Below, in pieces: positions 14,101 through 23,844 of a stretch of DNA of 64,000 bases. The DNA lies in the NCBI GenBank assembly GCA_038496445.1, contig JALMLS010000242.1:1-64000 (forward strand). Reading direction: 5' to 3'. A program made the position numbers and the translations under genes. This DNA is from Trichosphaerium sp. ATCC 40318 (Eukaryota > Protista > Tubulinea). Under the pieces are notes generated by a model, which was not told the DNA's origin, did not search any database, and was given only the letters and a program-made list of their open reading frames with translations. Every line of letters begins with the position of its first letter. The stretch's first letter is position 1.

Positions 14101-14832
14101 ATGTCTGACTCTGAAAACGTATGCGCTGATTATTTTGTCTGGCAGTAAACTTAACACGTGATTTTTAGACAATCAAAATTAAAGGACACTACTTCGGACC
14201 AACTGCCATTGGAGGTGTTCAATCCGACTTAAAATCACTTCAAGAAGAGATAAATAACGCTGACACTATCATATCTCCTATAGGTTATTGGTACTGTACA
14301 ATGAAAACTGTGTCACGTACTTATTCTGTTAGGCCATTCCATATGTTCAAAACAGCAAGTCGTGCCAAACCAACACCTTGTTTCATTATGGCCTACGTTC
14401 AAAAGGAAGACGAGAGAGTTCAGAATGCTCTTCTTGTCTTGTATGAAGAAAGCAGAGGTACACTTTGACAACTTTTTGAAAAAGTTGTCCTTATTCTTGC
14501 TCAGGACCTATTGGACAACCTAATCACTGTATTCCGCTTGTACTTGGCGGAGATAAGCAATGGACAATGGGCAAAATCACTAATAAAACTTCTAAAGATC
14601 AAGTGAGGCTCTATGCACGTGATCCAGACGGCAAAGGTACTGTCTTTAAAAATACAAAACCTAAATCTAATGGTTGTTAGGGACTACACCTTGCTTTGCA
14701 GTTGGAAGGAAGAGCTTGAATGATTTTGCGAAATTACTAAAACCTTATGTTCGAGTTATTACTAAGGATAGAAAAAAGAAACTTGGTGTTGCACTTGAGG
14801 CTTTTGATGATCCTTCACTTCTTTCCGATTAA
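14101..14832 (+). CDS. Small multi-exon hypothetical protein
   Basis: ATG at 14101. Four short GT-AG introns join an open frame (MSDSEN|TIKIKGHYFGPTAIGG...GVALEAFDDPSLLSD*). AATAAA follows the stop. Confidence 0.6.
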
Positions 14833-14939
14833 TCTTTGTATCAATAAATTGTATATTTCGAAGACAAAGAAAATACATAGTTTTTCAAGTACTAGCACTA
14901 GTTACTAGTTTTTGTGTCCTTACCTTTAATCACTCAAAC

Positions 14940-15360
14940 TTACTCTTGGAAAAAAACTTCAGTATAATGTTGAGGATAGTAATAACTCAGTAAGAGGCCA
15001 ACAGTGTTTTTTAGATATATCAAAATAAAACTTGTAATCCTTTTTTTCACAAAAAGATAGGCCGAGCAGACATCCTCTCCTTAATAACCCACAGAGCGCC
15101 CCACTCCATTGACAACGGCGTACACTGGAACACCGGCCAAAGGACGCTCGAGACCAAGGAACTGTACCAGTTCATACCAGTTTCTCTCAGTCTAACATGA
15201 TCCTAGATTGATGTTTGTGTTGAGAATCAGGTACGATACCTCGAGGCACTGAATTCTCATCAACTTCAAATCATGTCGTTATTTTCTATTTAGAAAGCGC
15301 CAAGAGAACACACACTCCTTTTGCTTTCCATTATCTTGGAAATCCAGAAATCCTTTTGTA
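14940..15360 (-). pseudogene. Possible degenerate TIR-like domain remnant
   Basis: After removing a 37-nt GT-AG intron (15203-15239) it reads KECVFSWRFLNRK*RHDLKLMRIQCLE|DHVRLRETGMNWYSSL...SMEWGALWVIKERMSARPIFF, with one in-frame stop. TIR resemblance is by eye only. Confidence 0.3.
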
Positions 15361-16191
15361 CATTCAAGTTTATCCACAAAATAAATTGTGGGATATCACA
15401 AAGTTGTAGCGTTTGTCGTGCTGTTTAGAGGTTCGTGGTTTTGGATTGAATTGACCCACGTTGAGGCGAGATATTGGAGGTATAGTGAAAGAAATGATAA
15501 TGCACACGCAGTAGAGGTAACGGCACCTATCGACAAGCAACTTTTATTTCATTTGTTCGTTTTCAAATTAGTAATTTATTAAACACTGTTGGAAGGGCTA
15601 CAACTCTCGTGTGTATACCTCTAACGCTCCGAAGCGTTTACTTCAGTTGGATATTTAACGGTTAAACTGAAATTCAAAAAATGGATACCGCTCGAATTCC
15701 ACCTTACTTTCGAACCGTATTGGTGTAATACTATTGCTTTTATTGATGTGAAGGAAGGAAACTGCATTTGTAAGCGGTTAGGTTGAACAGGCTTCTACAA
15801 CCTTAAATAGGTGTTTTGAATAGAGAAACATTAAGAACCACGCGTGGAACAGAGAAATTCGATATAGAAATCAGTTTTTGTAGCGATAGCGAAACGATTT
15901 TTTAGATCACGTTTTTTAACCGAATTTTACACAAAAACTGTTCAAAATGTTATAAATCATATATTTACACTCCTGTTGTTTTCGTACCGGTGCATTTTGA
16001 GTGATACAAACTAGAGTATGTGTAAAATCTCTTTTTGGCTCTTTTCTAAGCTCAAACACTTCGTGACGCCTGAATAACACTGACGAATTGCTCCAGTTCG
16101 CTTACGACAGAAGCCATTGTATTTTCACTTAATTCGACTAACGATTTTCAACGTGTCTTTATTGTTTTGTTTCTCCAAGTGACGTGCAAAA

Positions 16192-16655
16192 CAGAGGTAT
16201 TGCAATCCGTCAAAGTCAGAGACGCATTTTTGTGGGCCATTCGGGCCATAAAACAAGGGATTGGCCCATTTCGCTTTAAATAATTGTTTTGCAGACTTTC
16301 GAGAACGTATTACGTCACGGCATGCTGTCTATGAGTGCTGGAGAAGGCTATAATCGCTTTAAAATTGTTTGGTTGCTCCATTACTGCCAAAAGTATTTCT
16401 GGTCGGTTAGGAAGCCCAAATATCTCTGATTTAAATACATCGTATGTCATATATGGGCTGAATAGGCTACAAGCCCTTTTTATGAGCCCTAAACTGTCTC
16501 AATTAATATTTATATGCAATGTGATGCTATACAGAAAGGTTTGAAGTTAAACAGACGGCCACATTGTTCTGTAGGGTGTTTTTGTAAAAGTCCGAAAATT
16601 CATATTTTTTTGAAGGTTAGAACTTTTTTTAAAGTCGTAGTTGCAAACATCTATG
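16192..16655. mobile_element. Candidate degenerate non-autonomous DNA transposon (MITE/hAT-like)
   Basis: Imperfect terminal inverted match CAGAGGTATTGCAA ... TTGCAAACATCTA and clustered GGGCC/AGCCC motifs in non-coding DNA. No target-site duplication found. Confidence 0.25.
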
Positions 16656-16696
16656 TTGATTTAGAGGCTCTTGTTAGAGTTCAAACAAATATATTT

Positions 16697-17457
16697 ATGT
16701 TCTTTCTTTCTTGGGTTGCATCAGGAAGAAACCAGAAGCTCTTAAGAAGGTATGAAGGTCAAATAAGCACGTGATATGTAGTTTGACAAACATAGATATT
16801 AGATCAGATGTTTGGTCCTACTCAACAAGATATAATAGCTATTGTTGGTAAATCAGAGGTTGCAACTATTGAGGTATCACGTGTAGCTATTGTATTGGTA
16901 GCAGCATTAGAAGTTGACATAGAAGAACAAGTTATCTTTGATTTTAATACAGGCGGTATTTCTCAGGTTATAAAAGCACTTCCTGATGTTTCTCAAGAAC
17001 ATCGAGGTACCCCTAGCAAATATTCTTTAGGTATTAGCGTATTCTTATAACCGATAGTGGCTATGATGTCAAAATCTTTTGCTTATAGTAGAGCTGCGTT
17101 TGGATATCGAGACGCGATTGTTTTCATATGGTACTTATCTCAGTTTTTTTTGTACAAGCTTCTAACTACAGCAGCACCAACTACGGATGCTCCTACTACA
17201 AAAGCTGCAACAACAGAACGGCCAACTACAGACGCAACAACAACAGGCGCTCCTAAAACTGGTACTTGAGCGATTTATTAGACTTTATTATCATCTTTTT
17301 CAACTTAACAGTATTAGATGCGCCAACAAACAAAGCTCCATCAACAGAGGCACCAACAACAGAAGCTCCTACCTCTCTAGCGCCAACAACTGAGGCTCCA
17401 ACCGAGGCACCTGCAACTATAGCGCCACCATTGAGCTACACAGGCTTTGATTGTTAG
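16697..17457 (+). CDS. Thr/Pro/Ala-rich (PTTEAPT) mucin-like protein, probably partial or degenerate
   Basis: Repeats APTTDAPTTKA and APTTEAPT at 17165-17430, split by a short intron. Upstream exons are uncertain. Confidence 0.45.
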
Positions 17458-17640
17458 ACAGCACAAAATAACGACTCCTAGAGCCAAGCAGAGCATTCTT
17501 TCAGCCTCTCAAGTGTATTTAGTAACAACAGTATAGCCAAAATTTCCAAAAAAAAAAACCATTTAGTACAGACGCCGTGTAGCTTGTACTGGATTGTGAA
17601 TATTTTAATTACTGTGTGGGACACGTTATTGTCTGTGTGC

Positions 17641-19941
17641 TTATTTGGATGTTTTCTTTGTTGAAGGATAATCTGTGTCTTGTAGCTCCAGAACAGTTTG
17701 ATCTAAGAGATGTTTTACTGCAACAGTATCCTTGTGTTTGTTAAGAAACATATTTAGCTTTTTAGATTCCTGACAGAGAAACCAGGAAGTTATATTGTTT
17801 ATGATGAACGAGTTGCATCCCAATAATCCATATCAAGAAATTCGCTCATTTTTGAAAGATAATAATCTTTGTCACTGTCAGTAATCTTATCACGTGTACT
17901 ATGATTAAATACATAGAATATCACAACAGATTGTAGAGAATCTATACAATACTTATCTGAGAATTTTAAGAGCTTCAATAGAGTATCCAAATCAAGATTA
18001 GGAGGTATGTCATCAAAGTATGCAAAGTGAATAAAAGTTTTGATAATGAACACATCTCCTTCTAAGCTAATGCTTGTATTGTCGTCACCATTTGTCCCAA
18101 GATTGTTAGAAAGAATAGCTCCTTCAAAGAATGTAGCTCGGCACATCAATATCGCCTAGTTGAATTACATAAGTAGAAGCATAAAAAAATGAGGGACTAA
18201 CCTTGTGACATTTAATACAATCTGTTCCAGTATTAATATCAAAGTCTTGAGTGTTTGATTTGTACAGCTTTTTGAGGGATTTTAGAAGTTTGCTTCTATG
18301 TTTGCAAGATCCGTATTTGCGTAAGGAACAAATAAAGGCATTATCTTCGTTCATGTTGGCATATATTTCTTGGCTTAATTTTGCAACATCAAGTAACAGT
18401 GTTGATGTTTTTCTTGGAAACATGAAAGGTTGGATGGATGATACTATGGCATGATTAGTGTGTTTATGTAAGGTTTAGGATTATACATACATGACGAAAA
18501 TTCTTTTTCTCTGTCACTACCGACGTCTCCTTTCCCTGAGGTTTGTCTTAAAACATATGATATCACATTAGGATTTTCTATCAAGGATGTAAAAGTAGCA
18601 CCAAGAAAACATGCTGGGTTATCTAGTCTTGAACAAATGACATTGAACACGTGCATAGCGCAATCGTATGCATTCATTGTTGTTCCTATCGTATATGTAT
18701 AAGCTACATGGGTAAACAGGTTGGTACCTTTGTAATCAGGGAAGAACTCTCTAAACTTTTCCGGATGGTTTTGTAACTCTTCCTCAAACAAGTCAAGTTT
18801 TGTCAATACAAGGACAATAGGAGCATTGACATGAGAACGTTGTATTATATCTTGAAGTGATTCCAATGACTCTTCAAACGCATTACTTGTATCATCTTCA
18901 CAAACGTACAAGTAACTTTTTTGAGAGAAGGGTTAATTACATAAACACAATATGACACTCACCTATCAAGAGATATACAATAGATTAAATAATCTATGCC
19001 ATCTAAAACATGTACCCACCGTCTTCTCTCACTACAACTTCCTAGAAGGATTTGACATACAGAAAAGAAAAAAGTCGAAAACACAAAGACTTGCAAAAAC
19101 AAACCTCCAACATCCCCCAATCTATATTCAGTACCATCAACTTCACCTTCTAAGTCAAAAATGTTGAAAGAACGTGAATAGTAGTTAAGCCTTTGTTCAT
19201 AAGTCACAACGAAAGAATCTGCAGTTTGAGAGCAAATTGAATCAATGAAACTTAGAAAAAAAAAAAGTTAAAACAAAGGTATCATAAGGTTAACAATCCA
19301 CTCACGCTTTCATGTTTTTCTTACAGGATAAAACGATACTTTTAAAGTCAGTATACAAAATCATGTTCATGAATTCTTTGTTGTCTTTCAACCTAGCCCA
19401 AGGGTTAGGTCACAAAGAGATTGACTTACAAAATAAAAATATGAATACTGTTTTAAAGCGTCAATGTGTTGTTGTGTCCATGTGTCATCAGTCATATCTA
19501 CAAACGACTTCACCATATCTTGTGTCGTCTATTTTATGTCATATATTACTAATTAGTGCTTTAGATGTATCTTACGCTGTCCAGAGTTGAAAATTCAGGT
19601 TGTGCAGATAAAACTCGTAAGAACCATTGTACAAAATATATACCCTTGCTACTGTAATACCGATGGTACCAAGGAGTTAATTTTTCCTCTTTTAAGAGTC
19701 TAAACTGCAACAGAAGCTTGGATTTCCCTAAACACTTTTTCAGTAAATCGCATTAACTCCGATTCTGAACAGTACCACTCATGCTAGGTCCTAAGTTTTG
19801 ATGTTATTTCGAATGTCAACAAAAATTGTGTAGCTATCTATAAATAGTTACCACTGTCATACCTACGACTAGTACATGTTTCTGCTTCTCTTTACGATGT
19901 ATTTGATTTAAAGGCTTTTTTTTAGATTTGAAGTTGCCCAT
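17641..19941 (-). CDS. Heterotrimeric G-protein alpha-like subunit fused to a C-terminal BTB/POZ domain
   Basis: MGNFKS N-terminus; HVLVVG|PSMSG|KSKLLLQF (G1); DVG|GSCSERRRWVHVLDGIDYLIYCISLD (G3); FEESLESL; VLVLTKLDLFEE (G4); FPDYKG. An in-frame splice leads to BTB (DFDINTGTDCIKCHK|AILMCRATFF...FIHFAYFD...LLKFSDKYCIDSL). Probable 1-nt frameshift near 17820. Confidence 0.85.
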
Positions 19942-20002
19942 ACTGTGCTCACGCTATCCGCAAAAAAGTTGTGAACCTAAGTTTGACCACCGTAAAAAAT
20001 TC

Positions 20003-20880
20003 ATGAAATAAATTTCTGCAGCAGGCAGCCCATCAATATGTGTTAGTCTTAGAAGAACAGTTTTTCCTATTTTCTACGGTGGTAGTTGGTCTTATAGCCT
20101 TAATACTGGCAACATGGATGTTCTTGATTCTATTCTTCTACAGAGACATGACAGACTTTTCCACGCGTCTACTATTGTATTTATCGATTGTAGATTGGGT
20201 ATTATGCCTTAACGAAATAATATTCGCTCTATCCTCCCTATTAGTCCGCACAAAACGAAGCAACATTATAAACCAATACTTATTTGAAAGCCTGAAAGTT
20301 TTGCTAAAGACACTTTAGAACCGTTTTGCTCCTTGGCAGCTTATTTCGCTGTTTATACTCACTTGACAGTATTGTTCGTAGTCAGCAATTTCTGTAAATA
20401 TTCTTCTGCATCAAGTACAAGTACGCTATCTATCGGTGTACATAAATCACGTGATCCTTTTTTTTATTTTTTTTACCTTTGTAAAATCACGTGCTCGCAC
20501 ATGTCAAAAAATTTATCACGGCTATTTAAGTTGACTGTTTTGCACCAGGAAAACAGTTGTGGTTGCGGAGCCTTTTATACTATTCTTCATTTTTGTGTTC
20601 CTTGTCATGGCTCTGGCACCTTTTGCTACAAGAACTTATGGTCGAGAGCCTTGGGGTGGGTAAGTGACGTGATATCAAAGATGTTACTAACAGCTGTTAA
20701 TAGATGCTTCATGAGGGGTCAGTCCCTTTTAGATAAGTTGTACGTTTGTACCAAAATCTCGCTGTCATTAACTCGATAGATTATTTGGGCTTGTGTCTGT
20801 ATTCCCGTTCTTTATTTCATTCATATTTATTGCTGTACTCAACGCATTGTCAATATACGAGCTATTTTTCGTTGTGAACT
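20003..20880 (+). pseudogene. cAMP-receptor/GCR1-like GPCR, truncated after TM5
   Basis: TM1; FSTRLLLYLSIVD (TM2); PFCSLAAYF (TM3); TM4 then TYGREPWGG|CF loop; TM5 FPFFISFIFIAVLN. The sequence then switches to mucin repeats. The start codon context looks frameshifted. Confidence 0.65.
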
Positions 20881-21230
20881 TCAGAGGCTCTAACTACTGC
20901 TACACAAACAACTGTTGCTCCTACAACAGGTGCACCAACAACAGAGGCTCCTACAACGGCTGCTGCAACAACAAACGCTCCAACCACTGAAGCTTCAACC
21001 ACAGATGCACCTACAACTGGTACTTGATCGATATTATTTTTACCTATCTCCACCTAACTACAGTAGATGTGTCAACTACAGATGCACCTACAACTGCGGC
21101 GCTCCACCAACCGATGCGCCTACTACAAGTGCTCCAACCACTGAAGCACCGACTACAGCAACACCAACTACGGATGCTCCAACAACAGAGGCTACTACTA
21201 AATCTCCAACTACAAGGCTCAACAAATGGT
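20880..21230 (+). repeat. PTTEAPT mucin-repeat gene fragment, paralogous to 17165-17430
   Basis: Same coding repeats and a similar intron (GGTACTTGA.CGAT.TATT...) as in the 17.2 kb copy. Confidence 0.7.
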
Positions 21231-21397
21231 ACTTCCTACTTTACTTTCTAGAACTAACTTTATTTATGGAGCGTAAATATAAAATGTAAAATTGTTTTGT
21301 ATTCAAAAGGCTGCACAATTCGGCAAATGCAAGGCAAAGAATTTGGCTGTTTTCTTGGTTTTTTCTATTTTTTTTGTAGCTCTTCTAATATGTTTAG

Positions 21398-21490
21398 GTA
21401 TTGGTGGTGGTATGATCCAAGCACCACTTATGCTTGAACTAGATATATTACCTCAAGTTGTTACAGCAACATCAGTGTTTATGGTGGTAC
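21398..21490 (+). pseudogene. Isolated exon of a TauE/SafE-type (sulfite exporter family) transporter
   Basis: GIGGGMIQAPLMLELDILPQVVTATSVFMV flanked by AG and GT. No other exons nearby. Confidence 0.6.
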
Positions 21491-21584
21491 ATCACAAAAA
21501 ACAAAGATAAAATTGATTTCAAGCCCTGTGTCATGCTGCCAAGGCAATACAGCTCAAAAGTCAGCTCAGGAGATGAAGATGATG

Positions 21585-23328
21585 TTATTCAACATATGAG
21601 ACAGATACGATAGAACCAACTGCAATAATCTATTGTAGTCTATGAGGATTGGCCTAAAAAAAAGGAGGAAATACTGTGGATTACCTGATGCTGTCCTTCT
21701 ACTCTGAGAAACAGACTTCCGAAGTAATTTGACTCCTTTTTTGTACAACAGTACATAGGAGAAGATGGCTTTATCCGTATGATGCCAATTTCATCATTTG
21801 ATAGTTTTTTTGGTTGCTTTGGTTCAACCACTTCATGTGTTTCTACTTTCAAACACCCAATAACTTTAGTTACTGAACATTTCTTCTTTGCAGACTTTGT
21901 GTGCCCTACCAAAAGTTTGTTAAACTAGAGTACACAAAACTTATGTGTGGTAGAAAAAACACCGACAAGAAGATGTCAGTTTTCAAAAGAAATGTAATGT
22001 AATGAATGCTGATAAGTATCATGTGTTGACATAACCTTTTGGATTTTTTTTTTGATTTTTTTTTTGAAGGGTTTTGTACCGAAGCGTAACATGTTGCCCT
22101 CATAAATATGATTTGATGTGCTAATAACATGTGCTGTAAACTCAGAAACTAAAATCTGTTGTTTCTTATTTGGGATTAATGCAAGAATGACATATCCGCG
22201 TTTGACATTTTTTCTTGATACACCTTCTAACAAACATCCAACATGAGTACCTTTATGCGCTTCTTTATGCTTGGTATGTTCATATTCCATGTCCATAACC
22301 TTTGTTTTTAATCCAGTAGGAGCGATGATAACGTTGTCTCCTACTCGCAAGCACCCTGACATAACGGTTCCTGCTACAACAAATCCTACATCTTTAACTG
22401 TCAAGGTGAAAGTGACGGGCATTTTCAATGATGTTGTTACTTCACGATTCTCGCCAATAGTATCAAATGCTTCAAGTAATGTGTATCCTTTCCACCATGG
22501 CATGTTACTTGATATATCCACCAAATTATCTCCAAGGGCTCCAGAAACTGGAATAAACAAAACATCTTCAATGTTGTAGTTTATGCTAAAAACAAGAGGT
22601 TACTTTTGACCTACGAGTTGATAAACGAAAGGAAATGACGTACTTTCTCATTATCTTTTGGATTCCTGACACTACTTCAATGTACCTCCCTTTATCATAT
22701 TTAACACCAGTACTAATACTATCCATATACGTAACAGCAACAATTATGTTTGAAAATCTGAGTATCTTGGCAGATGATAACAAATGTATTATTGTACCAT
22801 GACGAGCTATTGATGATTCAAACATTCCTTGAGCTGCAGAAACAACCAATAAAATGCAATCACATGATTTAGCCAATGTTGTAATCAATGGTTCGGTGTA
22901 TGTATCTGCTGCAGTAATAGACACCTTGACAAAAAATAAAGTTAGTTATATGGCAACTAAAATATTGTGTCATCACGCAACACTTGTACGTGGCGGGTCT
23001 TTCTATAGAATCAAAAAACACAATGTCGATTCTGTCTTGGTTCGCATTTTTTGACAAAACGTGGGGCTTTGTAATGACGTACGTTGCAGTTATTGGTGGC
23101 AAGTGAATAATAACAGTTTCGCAATGGATTTGCGAATGTATTGAAACAAAGTAATGCGGAAGCATACTCCTGGCTTGGTCTGGTTGACCTCTTTCTCATC
23201 CTTTGTATTGTTTGTTCCCTTATTATACCACATTTATACAACAAGTGGCCCAGGAGGGTTGATGTTCCGTTATCAACGTGACCATGAATAAAAACATTAA
23301 TAGTCTGTTTCTTGACCGTTTTAGCCAT
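21585..23328 (-). CDS. Highly divergent EF-1alpha/HBS1-like translational GTPase paralog (pseudo-GTPase)
   Basis: INVFIHGHVDNGTSTLLGHLLYKCG; DCILLVVSAAQGMFES; IIVAVTYMD; FIPVSGALGDNLVDISSNMPWWKGYTLLEAFD; domain II LKMPV...VGFVVAGTVMSG; domain III ending IIAVGSI. A frame change is needed near 23050-23085. Confidence 0.85.
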
Positions 23329-23844
23329 TGTACAAAGCAACAGATAACGTTCCAGTGAGAATCAAAACGTAAAAGCCTAATTAAAGTCTGTGTCAGTGGT
23401 TTTGCCTTTGAATGTATTGGTACTGCGTAGTTCTTACGTATTTGAAGTATAATAAAACAAATTAATGATTTGACGCCTGGCGTCTCTAAACGTTTTTTTG
23501 TGTTAGTTAAGTTCGCTACTTAAGTCTTGCTTGAAGTAAGTAGGCCCTATCATTTACAGTAACTGTAATGGACACTGCTGGCAACTCATTGGATAATGAT
23601 GATACCACAATAAAAATCATGGATTCTTCCTTAACGAGAAGCACAGGCTTTTCTGCTCACGAATTCACTGATGTTGGAGCTGCAATTAAAGCATGTAGCA
23701 AGATGTACGCTACATCGCGTTGGTGATAATTGGTGAATGAGTCGTAATACTGGTTACCATGATACTTTATAGTTTGGGTATTATAGCTCCGTTAAAAACT
23801 ACAAGATCGATCTTGTTAGTTCTTGCAAGATCTGTTAAAAACTA

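Noticed and set aside
15060-15285. Structured ncRNA (GC-richer tract with a hairpin at ~15195-15280 and a T-run on the minus strand)
   Set aside because: No snRNA, SRP, RNase P/MRP or U3 consensus boxes were recognised. A spliced protein-coding remnant explains the tract at least as well.
12920-15400. Alternative genetic code or stop-codon readthrough suggested by in-frame stops in several remnants
   Set aside because: Intact genes end in TAA, TGA or TAG-compatible standard stops and show no internal stops, while the remnants also contain frameshifts. Decay is the simpler explanation.
21640-21912. ORF-track entry listed on the + strand
   Set aside because: The peptide (GHTKSAKKK...) is read from the minus strand and is domain III of the EF1A-like gene, not a separate gene.
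23568-23730. Third lipase gene (MDTAGNS...AIKACSKMY resembles LLACSQDVY)
   Set aside because: Only a short N-terminal-like piece with no catalytic motifs before the repeat arm begins; too weak to call.
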